A stretch of DNA of 64,000 nucleotides from Candidatus Rokubacteria bacterium CSP1-6 (lineage in GTDB: Bacteria > Methylomirabilota > Methylomirabilia > Rokubacteriales > CSP1-6): positions 2,146-66,145 of the forward strand of contig LDXP01000005.1 of NCBI GenBank assembly GCA_001443385.1, given 5' to 3'. Positions 54,200 to 63,703 of the stretch are shown here, piece after piece (the first letter of the stretch is position 1; the number at the start of each line of letters is the position of its first letter). The notes beneath the pieces are model-generated. The model saw only the letters and a list, made by a program, of their open reading frames with translations. It made no database searches and was not told the DNA's origin. The translations under genes were made by a program, and so were the position numbers.

Positions 54200-54489
54200 A
54201 GGAGCCCCGCCTTGATCCGGGCCTCGAGGGTCTGGAGCGAGCACCCTTCGACCCGGACGAGCTTGTGGCGGGCGTGGCTGCCTCGCACGAGAGTCACCGC
54301 GGATCGGGGCACCCGGAAGGCGCGAGCAAGAAGCGCAAGGAGCGCCTGATTGGCCTCGCCGTCAACGGGAGCGGCGTGGACGCGGACGCGGAGGGTGGCG
54401 CCATCCCATCCCACCACCTCGTCGCTCCCGGCCCGGGGCTGCACCCTCACGCGGAGGAGCGCCGAATCAGCGCGGCTCGCCCCCCGCAT
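54196..54489 (-). CDS. DUF167 (YggU-like) protein
   Basis: 'LRVRVQPRAGSDEV … LRVRVHAAPVDGEANQALLALLARAFRVPRSAVTLVRGSHARHKLVRVEG'. Confidence 0.8.
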   Translation of the reverse strand: MRGASRADSALLRVRVQPRAGSDEVVGWDGATLRVRVHAAPVDGEANQALLALLARAFRVPRSAVTLVRGSHARHKLVRVEGCSLQTLEARIKAGLL

Positions 54490-54934
54490 CCCCCAACTCT
54501 TCGTTCACGAGCCGCTGGTACATGTCGAGCGTGACGCGGAGCCCCTCCGCCAGCTGGCGGCGGGTGCGCTTGAGGGCGAGGATCTCGGCCTTGATCTTCG
54601 CCTCCTCGGCCCGCGCCTCCTCCAGGAGCTTGTCGCCCTGGAGCTCCGCCTCCCGCACCAGCAGGGTGGCCTCGCGCTTGGCGCCGTCCTTCATCTCCTC
54701 GGCCAGCCGCTGGGTGGTGAGGAGCGTGTCCTGGAGCAGCTTCTCCCGTCCCTCGATCCCACGGGACCGCTCCTCCAGCGCCGCGAGCTGCTCCTTCAGG
54801 AGCGCGTTCTCCTTGACGAGCTGCTCGTAGTCCGCGGCCACGTCGGCCAGGAACGTGTCCACCTCCTGCCGGTCGAAACCGCGGAATCGGACGGTGAACT
54901 GCTGCTGACGGATGTCCATCGGCGTAACTCGCAT
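54467..54934 (-). CDS. divIVA: DivIVA-domain cell-division protein
   Basis: 'TPMDIRQQQFTVRFRGFDRQEVDTFLADVAADYEQLVKEN…' followed by a coiled coil. Confidence 0.88.
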   Translation of the reverse strand: MRVTPMDIRQQQFTVRFRGFDRQEVDTFLADVAADYEQLVKENALLKEQLAALEERSRGIEGREKLLQDTLLTTQRLAEEMKDGAKREATLLVREAELQGDKLLEEARAEEAKIKAEILALKRTRRQLAEGLRVTLDMYQRLVNEELGDAGGEPR

Positions 54935-54964
54935 GGGACATTCACCTCCTCCTGCCGGGCCGAC

Positions 54965-55228
54965 TCAGAAGAGCGAGGGCAGGACCACGCGCTGGATGAA
55001 CTGGATGATGAGGATCGCCACCAGGGGGGAGAAATCGAGCCCGGCCTGGTAGCGGGCGAGCACGTTCCGGATCGGGCGGAGCACCGGCTCGGTCACGCGG
55101 CGGAGGATCTGCACGATGGGGTTGTACGGGTCCGGGTTGACCCAGGAGATCAGCGCGGCGGCGATGATGACCCAGGTGTAGAGGCTCAGGAGCAAGCTGA
55201 TGAAATCCACCAATCGGTAGAGGACCAC
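54965..55228 (-). CDS. yggT: YggT-family membrane protein
   Basis: '…ALISWVNPDPYNPIVQILRRVTEPVLRPIRN…LDFSPLVAILIIQ'. Confidence 0.85.
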   Translation of the reverse strand: MVLYRLVDFISLLLSLYTWVIIAAALISWVNPDPYNPIVQILRRVTEPVLRPIRNVLARYQAGLDFSPLVAILIIQFIQRVVLPSLF

Positions 55229-55232
55229 GGCG

Positions 55233-56096
55233 TTAGGCCTTCTTCTTGCCCTTCCGGGTGTCCTTCTTACTGTCCCGGGTGCCCCGCCCCAGCTCCCGCG
55301 AGCGGAGCGTCGCGCGCTCGACGGCGCTGATGAGGGTCCGCCGCACGCCCCCTTCCTCGAGCGCCGCGATGCCGGCGATGGCCGTGCCCCCCGGGGAAGT
55401 CACCATGTCCTTCAGCTGGCCCGGATGCGCGCCCGTTTCGATCAGGAGCTTCGCCGAGCCCAGCACGGTCTGCGCCGCCAGGGTCATGGCGGTCAGGCGG
55501 TCCAGGCCCACCTTGACGCCGCCGTCGGCCAGCGCCTCGATCATCAGCGCCACGTAGGCCGGGCCCGAGCCCGACAGGCCGGTGACCGCGTCGAGCGCCT
55601 CCTCTTCGAGCACGACCACTTTGCCGACGGCGCCGAAGATCTCCTCGGCGGTCTCGAGGTCTCCCTTCTGGAGCCCGTCCGCCTTCGCCACCGCGGTCAT
55701 GCCCTCGAGGACCAGCGCCGGCGTGTTCGGCATAACCCGGATGAGGCGCACCCCCTTGGGGAGATCGGCGCGCAGCGCCACGGTGGGGACGCCCGCGGCC
55801 ACCGAGATGACGAGCTTCTTGGGCGTCACCGCCGAGCCCACCTCTTTGAGGACCGAGTGAATGATCTGAGGCTTCACCGCGAGGATCACCACGTCCACCC
55901 GCTTGACGAGGAGCGAGTTGTCCGAGAGCGTGTGGATCCCGTAGAGCTTGCCGAGCTGCTGGAGGCGGTCGAGCCTCGCGTCCGTGGCGAAGATGTCCTC
56001 GGCGGGGACGGTGCCGGCCTTGAGCAGGCCGCGGATCATCGCCTCCCCCATGTTGCCGGCGCCCAGGAACCCGACCTTCTTGCCCTTCACGCTCAT
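55233..56096 (-). CDS. proC: Pyrroline-5-carboxylate reductase
   Basis: Start MSVKGKKVGFLGAGNMGEAM (ATGA overlap with the yggS stop). 'RVMPNTPALV' and 'SPGGTAIAGI'. Lys-rich tail. Confidence 0.9.
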   Translation of the reverse strand: MSVKGKKVGFLGAGNMGEAMIRGLLKAGTVPAEDIFATDARLDRLQQLGKLYGIHTLSDNSLLVKRVDVVILAVKPQIIHSVLKEVGSAVTPKKLVISVAAGVPTVALRADLPKGVRLIRVMPNTPALVLEGMTAVAKADGLQKGDLETAEEIFGAVGKVVVLEEEALDAVTGLSGSGPAYVALMIEALADGGVKVGLDRLTAMTLAAQTVLGSAKLLIETGAHPGQLKDMVTSPGGTAIAGIAALEEGGVRRTLISAVERATLRSRELGRGTRDSKKDTRKGKKKA

Positions 56097-56761
56097 GTCG
56101 CCCTCGGGCCGAAGATGGCGGTGCCGACGCGCACCATCGTCGCGCCTTCCTCCACGGCGACCTCGAAGTCGTCGCTCATCCCCATCGAGAGGTGCTCGAG
56201 CCCCGCCTCGTCCCTGAGGTCGCGGAGCCGGCGGAACCACGCCCGAGCCTGCTCTCCATGCTCGACGGGGGGCGGAATCGTCATGAGCCCCCTCACGCGT
56301 AGCGCGGACAGCCCCCCCAACGCCTCCACCGCTCCCTTCAGCTCGTCCGGGGCGAAGCCGCCCTTGGTGGCCTCGCCCGCCAGATTGACCTGGACCAGGA
56401 CCTCCGCCACCTTGCCGGCGGCCGCGGCCCGTCGGTCGAGCTCGCGCGCCAGCTCCAGGCGGTCCACCGAGTGGATCAGGTCGAAGAGGAGGACGGCATC
56501 TCGGGCCTTGTTGGTCTGCAGATGCCCGACCATGTGCCACGGGACGGGGCGGCCCAGCACCCCGATCTTCTCCCTCGCCTCCTGAACCCGGTTCTCGCCC
56601 AGCGCGGGAAGCCCGGCGGCCAGTGCGCGCCGGATCCGCTCCACATCCACCGACTTGGAGATGCCGACGAGCAGCACCGTCCCGGGCGCGCGGCCCGCCC
56701 GCATCGCGGCACGTGCGATGCGTTCCTGAACGCGAGCAACGTTGCCCGCCACATCGATCAC
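56093..56761 (-). CDS. yggS: YggS-family pyridoxal-phosphate homeostasis protein
   Basis: 'LLVGISKSV…LGENRVQEA…WHMVGHLQTNK…SMGMSDDFEVAVEEGATMVRVGTAIFG'. The GTG at 56761 is preferred. The track start at 56836 runs into the IS end. Confidence 0.85.
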   Translation of the reverse strand: MIDVAGNVARVQERIARAAMRAGRAPGTVLLVGISKSVDVERIRRALAAGLPALGENRVQEAREKIGVLGRPVPWHMVGHLQTNKARDAVLLFDLIHSVDRLELARELDRRAAAAGKVAEVLVQVNLAGEATKGGFAPDELKGAVEALGGLSALRVRGLMTIPPPVEHGEQARAWFRRLRDLRDEAGLEHLSMGMSDDFEVAVEEGATMVRVGTAIFGPRAT

Positions 56762-56796
56762 CGCCGCCCTCCGATGCCAAGCGATTGTGTGACAGC

Positions 56797-57937
56797 TCCC
56801 CCGGTCTGAAGACCGGGGCTTCCCGATCTCAGCCATGGGCTCCTCCTCCGAGCGTCTGCTGTCCCAGACGGAGGATGTTGCGCGCGGCGTTCACGTCGCG
56901 GTCGTGGACCGTTCCGCAGTCGCTACACGTCCACACCCTCTCACGCAGACCTGCGATACCTCTCGGCCTCGACGACGGCACCGAGCCGCACGCCGAACAG
57001 GTCTGGGTACTGCCGTATTCCGAGACCTCCAGGCACGCCCCGCCCCCGCGTAATCGCGCTTTGTAGCGGAGCATAGCCCGGAAGCTGGACCACCCGACGT
57101 CGAGCACGCTCTTCGCCATAGCGGTCTGAGCAAGTGTCGATGCGTTCACGTCGCCCACAACAATGAGTCCGTGGGTTTTGACGATCTTCGCGCTCTGCTG
57201 ATGGAGAAAGTCCCTGCGCCGGTCCGCCGCCTTCGCGTGGATCGCGCGGACGCGCTTCGTCTTACGGGCACGCTGCGCGGTGGCCAACACCTGCTCGGAC
57301 GCACGGTAGAAACACGGTGGGGCGATCTTCTCGCCAGTCGAGAGGGTTGCGAGGTCCTTCAGGCCGAGGTCGATCCCGACGTGCTGGATGCTCGCGCTCG
57401 TCGCCTCGGGCACCGCGACGGGGAGGTTAATGTACCACCGGCCACGCGAGTCGGCGTTGAACGAACCAGCACCGATGGTCGCCCCGGCCAGAATGTCGCG
57501 CAGGTGCATCGTCTCGTACCGGACGCCCCGGAAGGTGAACGCCGAACCGTCGAAGGCGACATGCCCGGTGTTGAACGGCACCCAGCCGAGAGACCGCCGC
57601 CCGCGCCACCGGAGCCAGGGCTTCTTGTGCATCCGGTGGGCCTCGACATAGGCGCGGCACACGCGCTGGATGGTGTGTGAGTGCAGGCTGAGGTCGGACC
57701 CTGTTCCGGCCGTGAGGGCAGCCAAGACCGGGTAGCTTAGCCATCGGCGGCACTCCCTCACGGCTTGCCGCTGTCGCTCGTTACAGTAGTTCCAGACGAC
57801 ATTCACGGCACGCGCTTGGCGGTTCAGATCCGCCACGTGCCGATCCCTCAACCGCAGCTTGACGGTTATCTGCATGCGCCTGCTCGCTTATCCCCGGACT
57901 GAAGTCGGGGGTTTGCGCTCGCCCTGGGTCGTATCAA
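56797..57937 (-). mobile_element. IS200/IS605-family TnpB-only element (no tnpA); ends approximate
   Basis: tnpB is flanked by two similar same-strand subterminal hairpins: CCCCGGTCTGAAGACCGGGG (56799-56818) and CCCCGGACTGAAGTCGGGG (57902-57920). A TTGAT on the minus strand (57937-57933) lies just outside the tnpB-proximal hairpin. Confidence 0.7.
56829..57875 (-). CDS. tnpB: TnpB (IS605 OrfB-type RNA-guided nuclease family)
   Basis: 'HVGIDLGLKDLATLSTGEKI' (RuvC-I), 'DFLHQQSAKIV…LIVVGDVN', zinc finger 'CSACG…CSDCG', and 'DRDVNAARNI' (RuvC-III). Confidence 0.9.
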   Translation of the reverse strand: MQITVKLRLRDRHVADLNRQARAVNVVWNYCNERQRQAVRECRRWLSYPVLAALTAGTGSDLSLHSHTIQRVCRAYVEAHRMHKKPWLRWRGRRSLGWVPFNTGHVAFDGSAFTFRGVRYETMHLRDILAGATIGAGSFNADSRGRWYINLPVAVPEATSASIQHVGIDLGLKDLATLSTGEKIAPPCFYRASEQVLATAQRARKTKRVRAIHAKAADRRRDFLHQQSAKIVKTHGLIVVGDVNASTLAQTAMAKSVLDVGWSSFRAMLRYKARLRGGGACLEVSEYGSTQTCSACGSVPSSRPRGIAGLRERVWTCSDCGTVHDRDVNAARNILRLGQQTLGGGAHG

Positions 57938-57942
57938 CCATG

Positions 57943-58548
57943 CTATTCCAAGTCGCGCTCCAGCCGCGACTCGCGCAAGAGATCGAGGAACTTCTCGCGG
58001 AGCGCCGAGGCGATGCGGTCTGCGAACGCCTCCGTGAGCCCATTGATGCGGATGAGTCGCTGCACGTCGGCCAAATCCCGCGCGCGGTGGCCCCAGACGC
58101 CGCTGGCGATTTTGAACTCGACGAGGGCCTCGAGAGTCGGGAGCCGCAGCCCCGCGACATCCACGAATGCGGCGGAATCCGGTGGAGGGTACTCTACAGG
58201 ACTCTCCGACGAACCGGCACGCTCGCCGGCCGTCACGACGTCGATGTTCACCTGGTGGGCCGTCTCACGCAGGCTCTTGCGCAGCCCCGGCCCTCGGAGT
58301 GCCAGGCCCTGTCCGACGAGCGTGGCATGGATCCTGTCAAGCCCCTCAGCCGTCGTGAGAATATCAATGTCCTCGGTGTGACGAACGTAGCCATAGTACC
58401 GGAGGGCCAGCGCCCCGATCACCGCGAACGGAACGCCCTCCTGCGCAAGCCGGCCACGCAGGGATTCGAGCACCACGGCGATATCGTGAGAGTGCACGTG
58501 GTCCCTCCGGAGTTGTTCGATGAGCGTCCCTTGGGTTGGTAGAGCCAC
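57943..58548 (-). CDS. Nucleotidyltransferase-fold protein (MNT/AbiEii-like)
   Basis: 'FAVIGALALRYYGYVRHTEDIDIL' (G-x-A…T-x-D-x-D NTase motif) and a C-terminal 'KIASGVWGHRARDLADVQRLI'. Confidence 0.55.
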   Translation of the reverse strand: MALPTQGTLIEQLRRDHVHSHDIAVVLESLRGRLAQEGVPFAVIGALALRYYGYVRHTEDIDILTTAEGLDRIHATLVGQGLALRGPGLRKSLRETAHQVNIDVVTAGERAGSSESPVEYPPPDSAAFVDVAGLRLPTLEALVEFKIASGVWGHRARDLADVQRLIRINGLTEAFADRIASALREKFLDLLRESRLERDLE

Positions 58549-58624
58549 AACCGCATTATAAACCTCTTTGGTGAACGGTGCCCAGGGCGGTGAGAGCCGC
58601 CCGGTCGAACCGCCGCCACCAGGC

Positions 58625-59392
58625 TCAGGGCGAGTCTTCCGTGACGGCGGGGAGCGCGGCGACGGTCACCAGCCGGCCGCGGCTGCCCTCCTTGCGGTAG
58701 GAGAAGAACAGGTCCGTGCGGCACCCCGTGCAGAGCCGGGGGTTGGCGATGCGGTCGGCGCGAACCCCGGCCGTCGTGAGCTGGAACTCGTTGGCGGCCC
58801 AGAGATCGAGGCGCCACTTCCCCGGGCGCGCAAATGTCACCCAGGCTTCCCAGCGGTCGGGAAAGGCGGCCCGGAGGGGCTCCATGACGGGACGATCCAC
58901 CTCGTAGCAGCACGGGCCGATGGAGGGGAAGATCGCGGCGTGGAGGTCGGCCGGCCGCGCTCCCTCGCGAGCCAGCGCGTCCACCGCGGCGCGTGCGGCG
59001 CCCTTCACCGTGCCGCGCCAGCCCACGTGAGCCAGCGCGAGGCGTCCTCCCGGCGGGTCGTACACGACGACGGTCAGGCAGTCGGCGGTGAAGATGGCCA
59101 GCGGGACCCGAGGCGCGGTGGTGAGGAGCACGTCTCCCTCGCCTCCGTTGCCGCCCGCCTCCACCCGCCTCACGGTCGCGCCGTGGGCCTGGCGGAGATA
59201 GGCGACCCGGGTGAAATCCAGCCCGTGCGGGGCGAGGACCGCCGCCGTCTCGCGACCGATGGGGGACACGGGCTCGGCGGGATGGGCGACCCCGGGGCAG
59301 TGGCGCGTGGTGGACGCGTGGGGAAGACCCAGGGCCTCGAGGGCGGGAAGCGTCAGGTGGGTCGCCGGACTTCCGTGGAATCGAACGGTCAT
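58625..59392 (-). CDS. pgeF: Peptidoglycan editing factor PgeF (YfiH/DUF152 family)
   Basis: 'LRQAHG', 'TADCLTVVVYDP', 'AHVGWRG' and 'IGPCCYEV', ending '…FFSYRKEG'. In the usual position downstream of ftsZ. Confidence 0.88.
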   Translation of the reverse strand: MTVRFHGSPATHLTLPALEALGLPHASTTRHCPGVAHPAEPVSPIGRETAAVLAPHGLDFTRVAYLRQAHGATVRRVEAGGNGGEGDVLLTTAPRVPLAIFTADCLTVVVYDPPGGRLALAHVGWRGTVKGAARAAVDALAREGARPADLHAAIFPSIGPCCYEVDRPVMEPLRAAFPDRWEAWVTFARPGKWRLDLWAANEFQLTTAGVRADRIANPRLCTGCRTDLFFSYRKEGSRGRLVTVAALPAVTEDSP

Positions 59393-59402
59393 TGGCGTCG
59401 CG

Positions 59403-59497
59403 CCCCCTCACCCTGTCCCACCCAATGCCCCTCACCTCTTCTCCTCTCCCCACTGGGGAGAGGCAGGGTGAGGGGGGAGAGAATAAAGGTGAGGGGG
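59403..59497. repeat. MITE/REP-like palindromic element, copy 5 (short form), abutting the ftsZ stop codon
   Basis: CCCCCTCACCCTG…CCTCTCCCCACTGGGGAGAGG…AAAGGTGAGGGGG. The TIRs are identical to those of copies 1 and 2. Confidence 0.8.
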
Positions 59498-60664
59498 CTA
59501 GTCCGCCTGCCGGCGCAAAAACGCCGGGACGTCGAGGTCCTCGGCCGCGGGCTCGTCCCCCTCGGCCCGGATCTCGGCGGTCCGGCGGCGCCACTGACTG
59601 GCGGGCGCCGGCCGCGGGGTCTTGGCCAGATCCACCACCTTGCCGCTCGGCCCCGTGGCCTCCTTGCGCTCGGAGAAGCCGGTGGCGATCACGGTGAGCC
59701 GCAGCTCGTCCTTGAGATCCTTGTCGATCACCGCCCCGAAGATGATGTGGGCCTCTTCGTGGGCCGCCTCCTGGACGACCCGCGCCGCTTCCTCCACTTC
59801 GTGGATGGACAGGTCGGGGCCGCCCGTGAAGTTGATGAGGATCCCCCGCGCGCCCTCGATGGACGTTTCGTCCAGGAGCGGGCTCGCCACGGCCTTCTGA
59901 GCCGCGTCCAGGGCGCGGTGCTCGCCCCTGCCGACGCCGGTCCCCATGAGCGCCATCCCCATGCCGGACATGATCGTGCGGACATCGGCGAAGTCGAGAT
60001 TGATCAGCCCGGGGACGAGGATGAGATCGGAGATTCCCTGGACGGCCTGGTGCAGGACCGAATCCGCCACCTTGAAGGCCTCCAGGAGCGGCGTGCCGCG
60101 CTCCACCACCGACAGGAGCCGCTGGTTGGGGATCGTGATGAGCGTGTCCACCACGCCGCGGAGCTCGGCTATTCCCTGCTCCGCTTGCTGGGCGCGCTTC
60201 CTCCCCTCGAAGGTAAATGGCTTCGTGACCACGGCGACCGTGAGGATCCCCAACTCCTTGGCCACCGCGGCAACGATGGGCGCGGCGCCGGTCCCGGTGC
60301 CGCCGCCCAGCCCGGCCGTGACGAAGACCATGTCGGCGCCCTCGAGGATGCGGGCGATCTGCTCGCGATCTTCCTCCGCCGCCCGCCGCCCTACCTCGGG
60401 GTCCGAGCCGGCGCCGAGGCCGTTGGTCAGACGGGCGCCGAGCTGGAGCTTCACGGGGGCCGGCGAGGTGCGAAGAGCCTGGATGTCGGTATTGGCGACG
60501 ATGAACTCGACCCCCGTGAACCGGGAGGCCATCATCCGGCTCACGGCGTTGCCGCCGCCGCCGCCGAGGCCGATGACCTTGATCCGCGCCACCTGGCGCG
60601 CATCCTCTCCGGCTCCCGCTTCTTCCAGCTCGAAGATCGGTCGCTTCGTGCGCGACTCCTCCAT
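59498..60664 (-). CDS. ftsZ: Cell division GTPase FtsZ
   Basis: '[14 protein letters not shown]', '[15 protein letters not shown]' and 'NTDIQAL'. Start MEESRTK at 60664. Confidence 0.95.
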   Translation of the reverse strand: MEESRTKRPIFELEEAGAGEDARQVARIKVIGLGGGGGNAVSRMMASRFTGVEFIVANTDIQALRTSPAPVKLQLGARLTNGLGAGSDPEVGRRAAEEDREQIARILEGADMVFVTAGLGGGTGTGAAPIVAAVAKELGILTVAVVTKPFTFEGRKRAQQAEQGIAELRGVVDTLITIPNQRLLSVVERGTPLLEAFKVADSVLHQAVQGISDLILVPGLINLDFADVRTIMSGMGMALMGTGVGRGEHRALDAAQKAVASPLLDETSIEGARGILINFTGGPDLSIHEVEEAARVVQEAAHEEAHIIFGAVIDKDLKDELRLTVIATGFSERKEATGPSGKVVDLAKTPRPAPASQWRRRTAEIRAEGDEPAAEDLDVPAFLRRQAD

Positions 60665-60729
60665 CGATGCCCCCCTCCTTGAGGTTTTTTTGCCGCCTGC
60701 CGCGAGATGCAGAAACAGCTCCGACTGTT

Positions 60730-61956
60730 TCAAAAGAGCTCCTTCACCCATTCCCACACCCGGGCGACGCCTCGCCCGTCTCCGGCGTCGAAGCCGCCGC
60801 CGCCCGTCCGGATCCCGTAGAGCGCCAGCCCGACTGCCGTGGCGAAAATCGGGCTTTGAACCACGTCATCCAGCCCCCCCACCCCCTCGGGAGTTCCGCG
60901 CCGCACGGGCAGGTCGAAGACCTGCCCGGCCAGCTCGGGCAAGCCGTCCATGATGGCGGTGCCGCCCGTCACGACCACTCCCGCCGCCGGAGCGTCCTCG
61001 AGGCCGGCCCGCGCGAGGTCCCGGGCGACCAGGGTGAAGATCTCTTCCACCCGCGGCTGGATGATCTCCGACAGGATCTGGCGAGAGAGCTGGCGGGGCT
61101 TCCGGCCGCCGACGGATGGGACGTCCACCGTCTCCTCCTCCCGCACCAGCGCGGTGAGGGCGCAGCCGTGACGCTTCTTGAGCTCCTCGGCCTCCGCCGT
61201 CGGGGTCCGGAGCCCCACAGCGATGTCGTTGGAGATGTGATCGCCGCCCAGGGCCAGCACGCCCGTGTGCCAGATGGCGCCGTCCCTGAACAGCGCCACG
61301 TCCGTCGTCCCGCCGCCGATGTCGATCAGGAGGACCCCGAGCTCCTTCTCGTCGGGGGAGAGGATCGCCTCGGAGGCGGCCAGGGGCTCCAGGACGATGT
61401 CCTGGACGGTGAGCCCCGCCCGGTTCACGCTCCGGATCACGTTCTGGACCGAGGTCACGGCGGCTGTGACGATGTGGACTTCGACCTCGAGCCGCACCCC
61501 GGACATCCCCAGCGGCTCCTTGACGCCGTCCTGATCGTCCACGACGTAGGTCTGGGGGAGCACGTGGATGATCTCGCGATCGGGCGGGAGGTTGATGGCC
61601 CGCGCCGCCTCCAGCGCGCGCTCCAGGTCCGCCGGGCCGACCTCCTTGTTCTTGCCCGACACGGCCACCACGCCCCGGCTGTTCACGCCCCGGATGTGAC
61701 CGCCGGACAGGCCCGCGTACACGGAGCCGACCTCGACCCCCGCCATCTGCTCCGCCTCTCCCACCGCCTTCTTGATGGCCTCCACCGTCGAGTCGATGTT
61801 CACCACGACGCCCTTGCGGAGGCCGCGGGAGGGGCTGGTCCCGATCCCGATGACGTCCAGCCCTCCCGCGGGCGTCACCTCCCCGATGACGGCGCAGACC
61901 TTCGTCGTCCCCACGTCGAGCCCGGTGATCAGCGGATGCCTCGCGTGCTTGCCCAC
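60730..61956 (-). CDS. ftsA: Cell division protein FtsA
   Basis: '[17 protein letters not shown]', '[14 protein letters not shown]' and '[12 protein letters not shown]'. Confidence 0.95.
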   Translation of the reverse strand: MGKHARHPLITGLDVGTTKVCAVIGEVTPAGGLDVIGIGTSPSRGLRKGVVVNIDSTVEAIKKAVGEAEQMAGVEVGSVYAGLSGGHIRGVNSRGVVAVSGKNKEVGPADLERALEAARAINLPPDREIIHVLPQTYVVDDQDGVKEPLGMSGVRLEVEVHIVTAAVTSVQNVIRSVNRAGLTVQDIVLEPLAASEAILSPDEKELGVLLIDIGGGTTDVALFRDGAIWHTGVLALGGDHISNDIAVGLRTPTAEAEELKKRHGCALTALVREEETVDVPSVGGRKPRQLSRQILSEIIQPRVEEIFTLVARDLARAGLEDAPAAGVVVTGGTAIMDGLPELAGQVFDLPVRRGTPEGVGGLDDVVQSPIFATAVGLALYGIRTGGGGFDAGDGRGVARVWEWVKELF

Positions 61957-61964
61957 GGCGCGCC

Positions 61965-62825
61965 CTATCGCAGCCTCGGTTTGAACACCACCTGACCTCT
62001 GAATCTCAGATCCACGTACTCCACCGGCTCGCCGAGCGAGCGGATCTGGGCGAGCACCCCCTCGAGCCGCCCCAGCCGGTCTTCCCAGTCCGCGGTGCCC
62101 AGCCTCACCTCGACCCCGTCCACCGTGTAGAGGATCGGACCGTCGGCGCCGCTCATGTCGATCTCCGAGATCTCGCGCGTGAGGGAGCTCCCGGTCCTGA
62201 GCATCGAGCGGATCAGCGAGACCGCGGCCCGCGCATCCTCGGCGGCGGCGCCCCCGGATCGGGTCTCCTCCGGCCGGATGCCGGTGATCACCGGGAGTCG
62301 CGGGGTGACGGCGCGGGGCTCGGGCCCGAGGCTCACGCCGTCCTCGTCCAGCCAGTAGAGACGCCCCGCTTGAGCCAGCGTGAAGGGCACCCGCTCCTCC
62401 ACCACGAGGGTGACGCGGTTCGGAAACGACCGGATCACCTCGGCCCGCTTGACCGGCCCGAGCTGCCTGAGCCGCGCCACCACCTCTTCCGAGTTGAGGC
62501 GGAACAGGTTCTCGCCGGGGGAGATGGCGGCCGCTTCACGGACTTCCGCGGGGCTGAGCCGGCTGGTCCCCTGCACCTCGACGACGGCGACCGCGAAGCG
62601 GGGAGACGTGAGGAGCCACTGGACTGCTGCTGCCACGACGGCGGCCGCGCCTGCGAGGAGGAGGATGATTCCCCCGAGCCTGAGCGCCGCGGCGAGCGCC
62701 CGCCCCAGGCGCCGGCGGAGGCGGTGCCGCACCCGCTGGCCCGTGATGAGCGGTGAGCGCTCCGCCATATCGCCGAGTTCCCCCGGCGCGTGGCGCGGCG
62801 AGAGAATCCCCGTCCGGGTGAGCAT
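61965..62825 (-). CDS. ftsQ: Cell division protein FtsQ (POTRA + FtsQ domains)
   Basis: ATGA-coupled start at 62825. TM helix ALRLGGIILLLAGAAAVVAAAV, then 'VVEVQGTSRLSPAEVREAA…'. Confidence 0.8.
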   Translation of the reverse strand: MLTRTGILSPRHAPGELGDMAERSPLITGQRVRHRLRRRLGRALAAALRLGGIILLLAGAAAVVAAAVQWLLTSPRFAVAVVEVQGTSRLSPAEVREAAAISPGENLFRLNSEEVVARLRQLGPVKRAEVIRSFPNRVTLVVEERVPFTLAQAGRLYWLDEDGVSLGPEPRAVTPRLPVITGIRPEETRSGGAAAEDARAAVSLIRSMLRTGSSLTREISEIDMSGADGPILYTVDGVEVRLGTADWEDRLGRLEGVLAQIRSLGEPVEYVDLRFRGQVVFKPRLR

Positions 62826-63703
62826 CACTCGCCGATGATCCGGATCTCGGGCTCCAGCGTGATCCCGAACTGGGCCCGCACCCGCTCCCGGGCCAGGTCC
62901 ATGAGGGCCAGGATGTCGGCCGCGGCGGCGGCGCCGCGATTGACGATGAAGTTGGCGTGCTTGGACGAGATCTCCGCGCCGTCCAGCCGCTTGCCCTTCA
63001 GCCCGACCTTTTCGATCAGCCGCCCAGCGTAATCGGACTGCGGGTTCTTCCAGACGCACCCGGCCGAGGCGAGCGCCAGCGGCTGGGTGGCCTTTTTCTG
63101 TTTGAGCCGCTGCTTGATGTCCTTCTGGATCTCGGCCTGGGGCCGCCGGTGGAGCTGGAGCCGCGCCCCGATCAGAATGGCCCCCGACGGGCAGTGGAAG
63201 GTCCGGTAGGAGAAGGCCCCGGTCCCCGGTTTGAACTCCCCCAGGGTGCCGTCCGGGTGGAGAAAGTACACGGCCGAGACGAAGTCGCCGATCCAGCCGT
63301 CGGGCGTGCCCGCGTTCATCGCCAGGGCGCCGCCGATGGTGGCCGGGATCCCCACGAGGCATTCGATGCCGCCCAGGGACAGGGCCGCGGCCTCACGGAT
63401 CAGCGCCGAGAGGCTGGCGCCCGCGCCCGAGACGGCCTCCTCGCCGCGGAACTCGACTCGTCCCAGACAGCCCTCCAGCTTGACGACGACGCCGCGGACG
63501 CCGCGGTCCTTGACCAAGAGGTTGTTCCCGCCCCCGAGCACCTCGAGCGGCAGGCCCTCCTTTTCGGCGTAGGACAGCGCCTGGCGGATATCGTCCACGT
63601 CCTGCGGGATGACGAAGATGTCCGCCGGCCCCCCGATGCGTAAGGAGGTATGGAAGCTCAGGGGCTCCTTGAAGCGCACCTCGCCCCGGATCGCTCCTAG
63701 CAT
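62825..63703 (-). CDS. murB: UDP-N-acetylenolpyruvoylglucosamine reductase
   Basis: Start MLGAIRG. 'HTSLRIGGPAD', 'LGGGNNLLV' and 'SAGCVWKNP'. Confidence 0.92.
   Translation of the reverse strand: MLGAIRGEVRFKEPLSFHTSLRIGGPADIFVIPQDVDDIRQALSYAEKEGLPLEVLGGGNNLLVKDRGVRGVVVKLEGCLGRVEFRGEEAVSGAGASLSALIREAAALSLGGIECLVGIPATIGGALAMNAGTPDGWIGDFVSAVYFLHPDGTLGEFKPGTGAFSYRTFHCPSGAILIGARLQLHRRPQAEIQKDIKQRLKQKKATQPLALASAGCVWKNPQSDYAGRLIEKVGLKGKRLDGAEISSKHANFIVNRGAAAAADILALMDLARERVRAQFGITLEPEIRIIGE

Noticed and set aside
54200-54244. The track start of mtnA at 54244, which overlaps the DUF167 gene by 49 nt
   Set aside because: A GTG at 54199 gives the usual MtnA N-terminus (…VRWDGDRLVLLDQTRLP) and a 4-nt GTGA coupling, the pattern seen repeatedly in this window.
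56762-56836. The N-terminal extension of yggS (track start at 56836, 'MAEIGKPRSSDRGSCHTIAWHRRAA')
   Set aside because: The extension is read through the RE-side hairpin of the TnpB element and overlaps the tnpB stop. YggS-family proteins start close to the VIDVAGNVARV… position (GTG at 56761).
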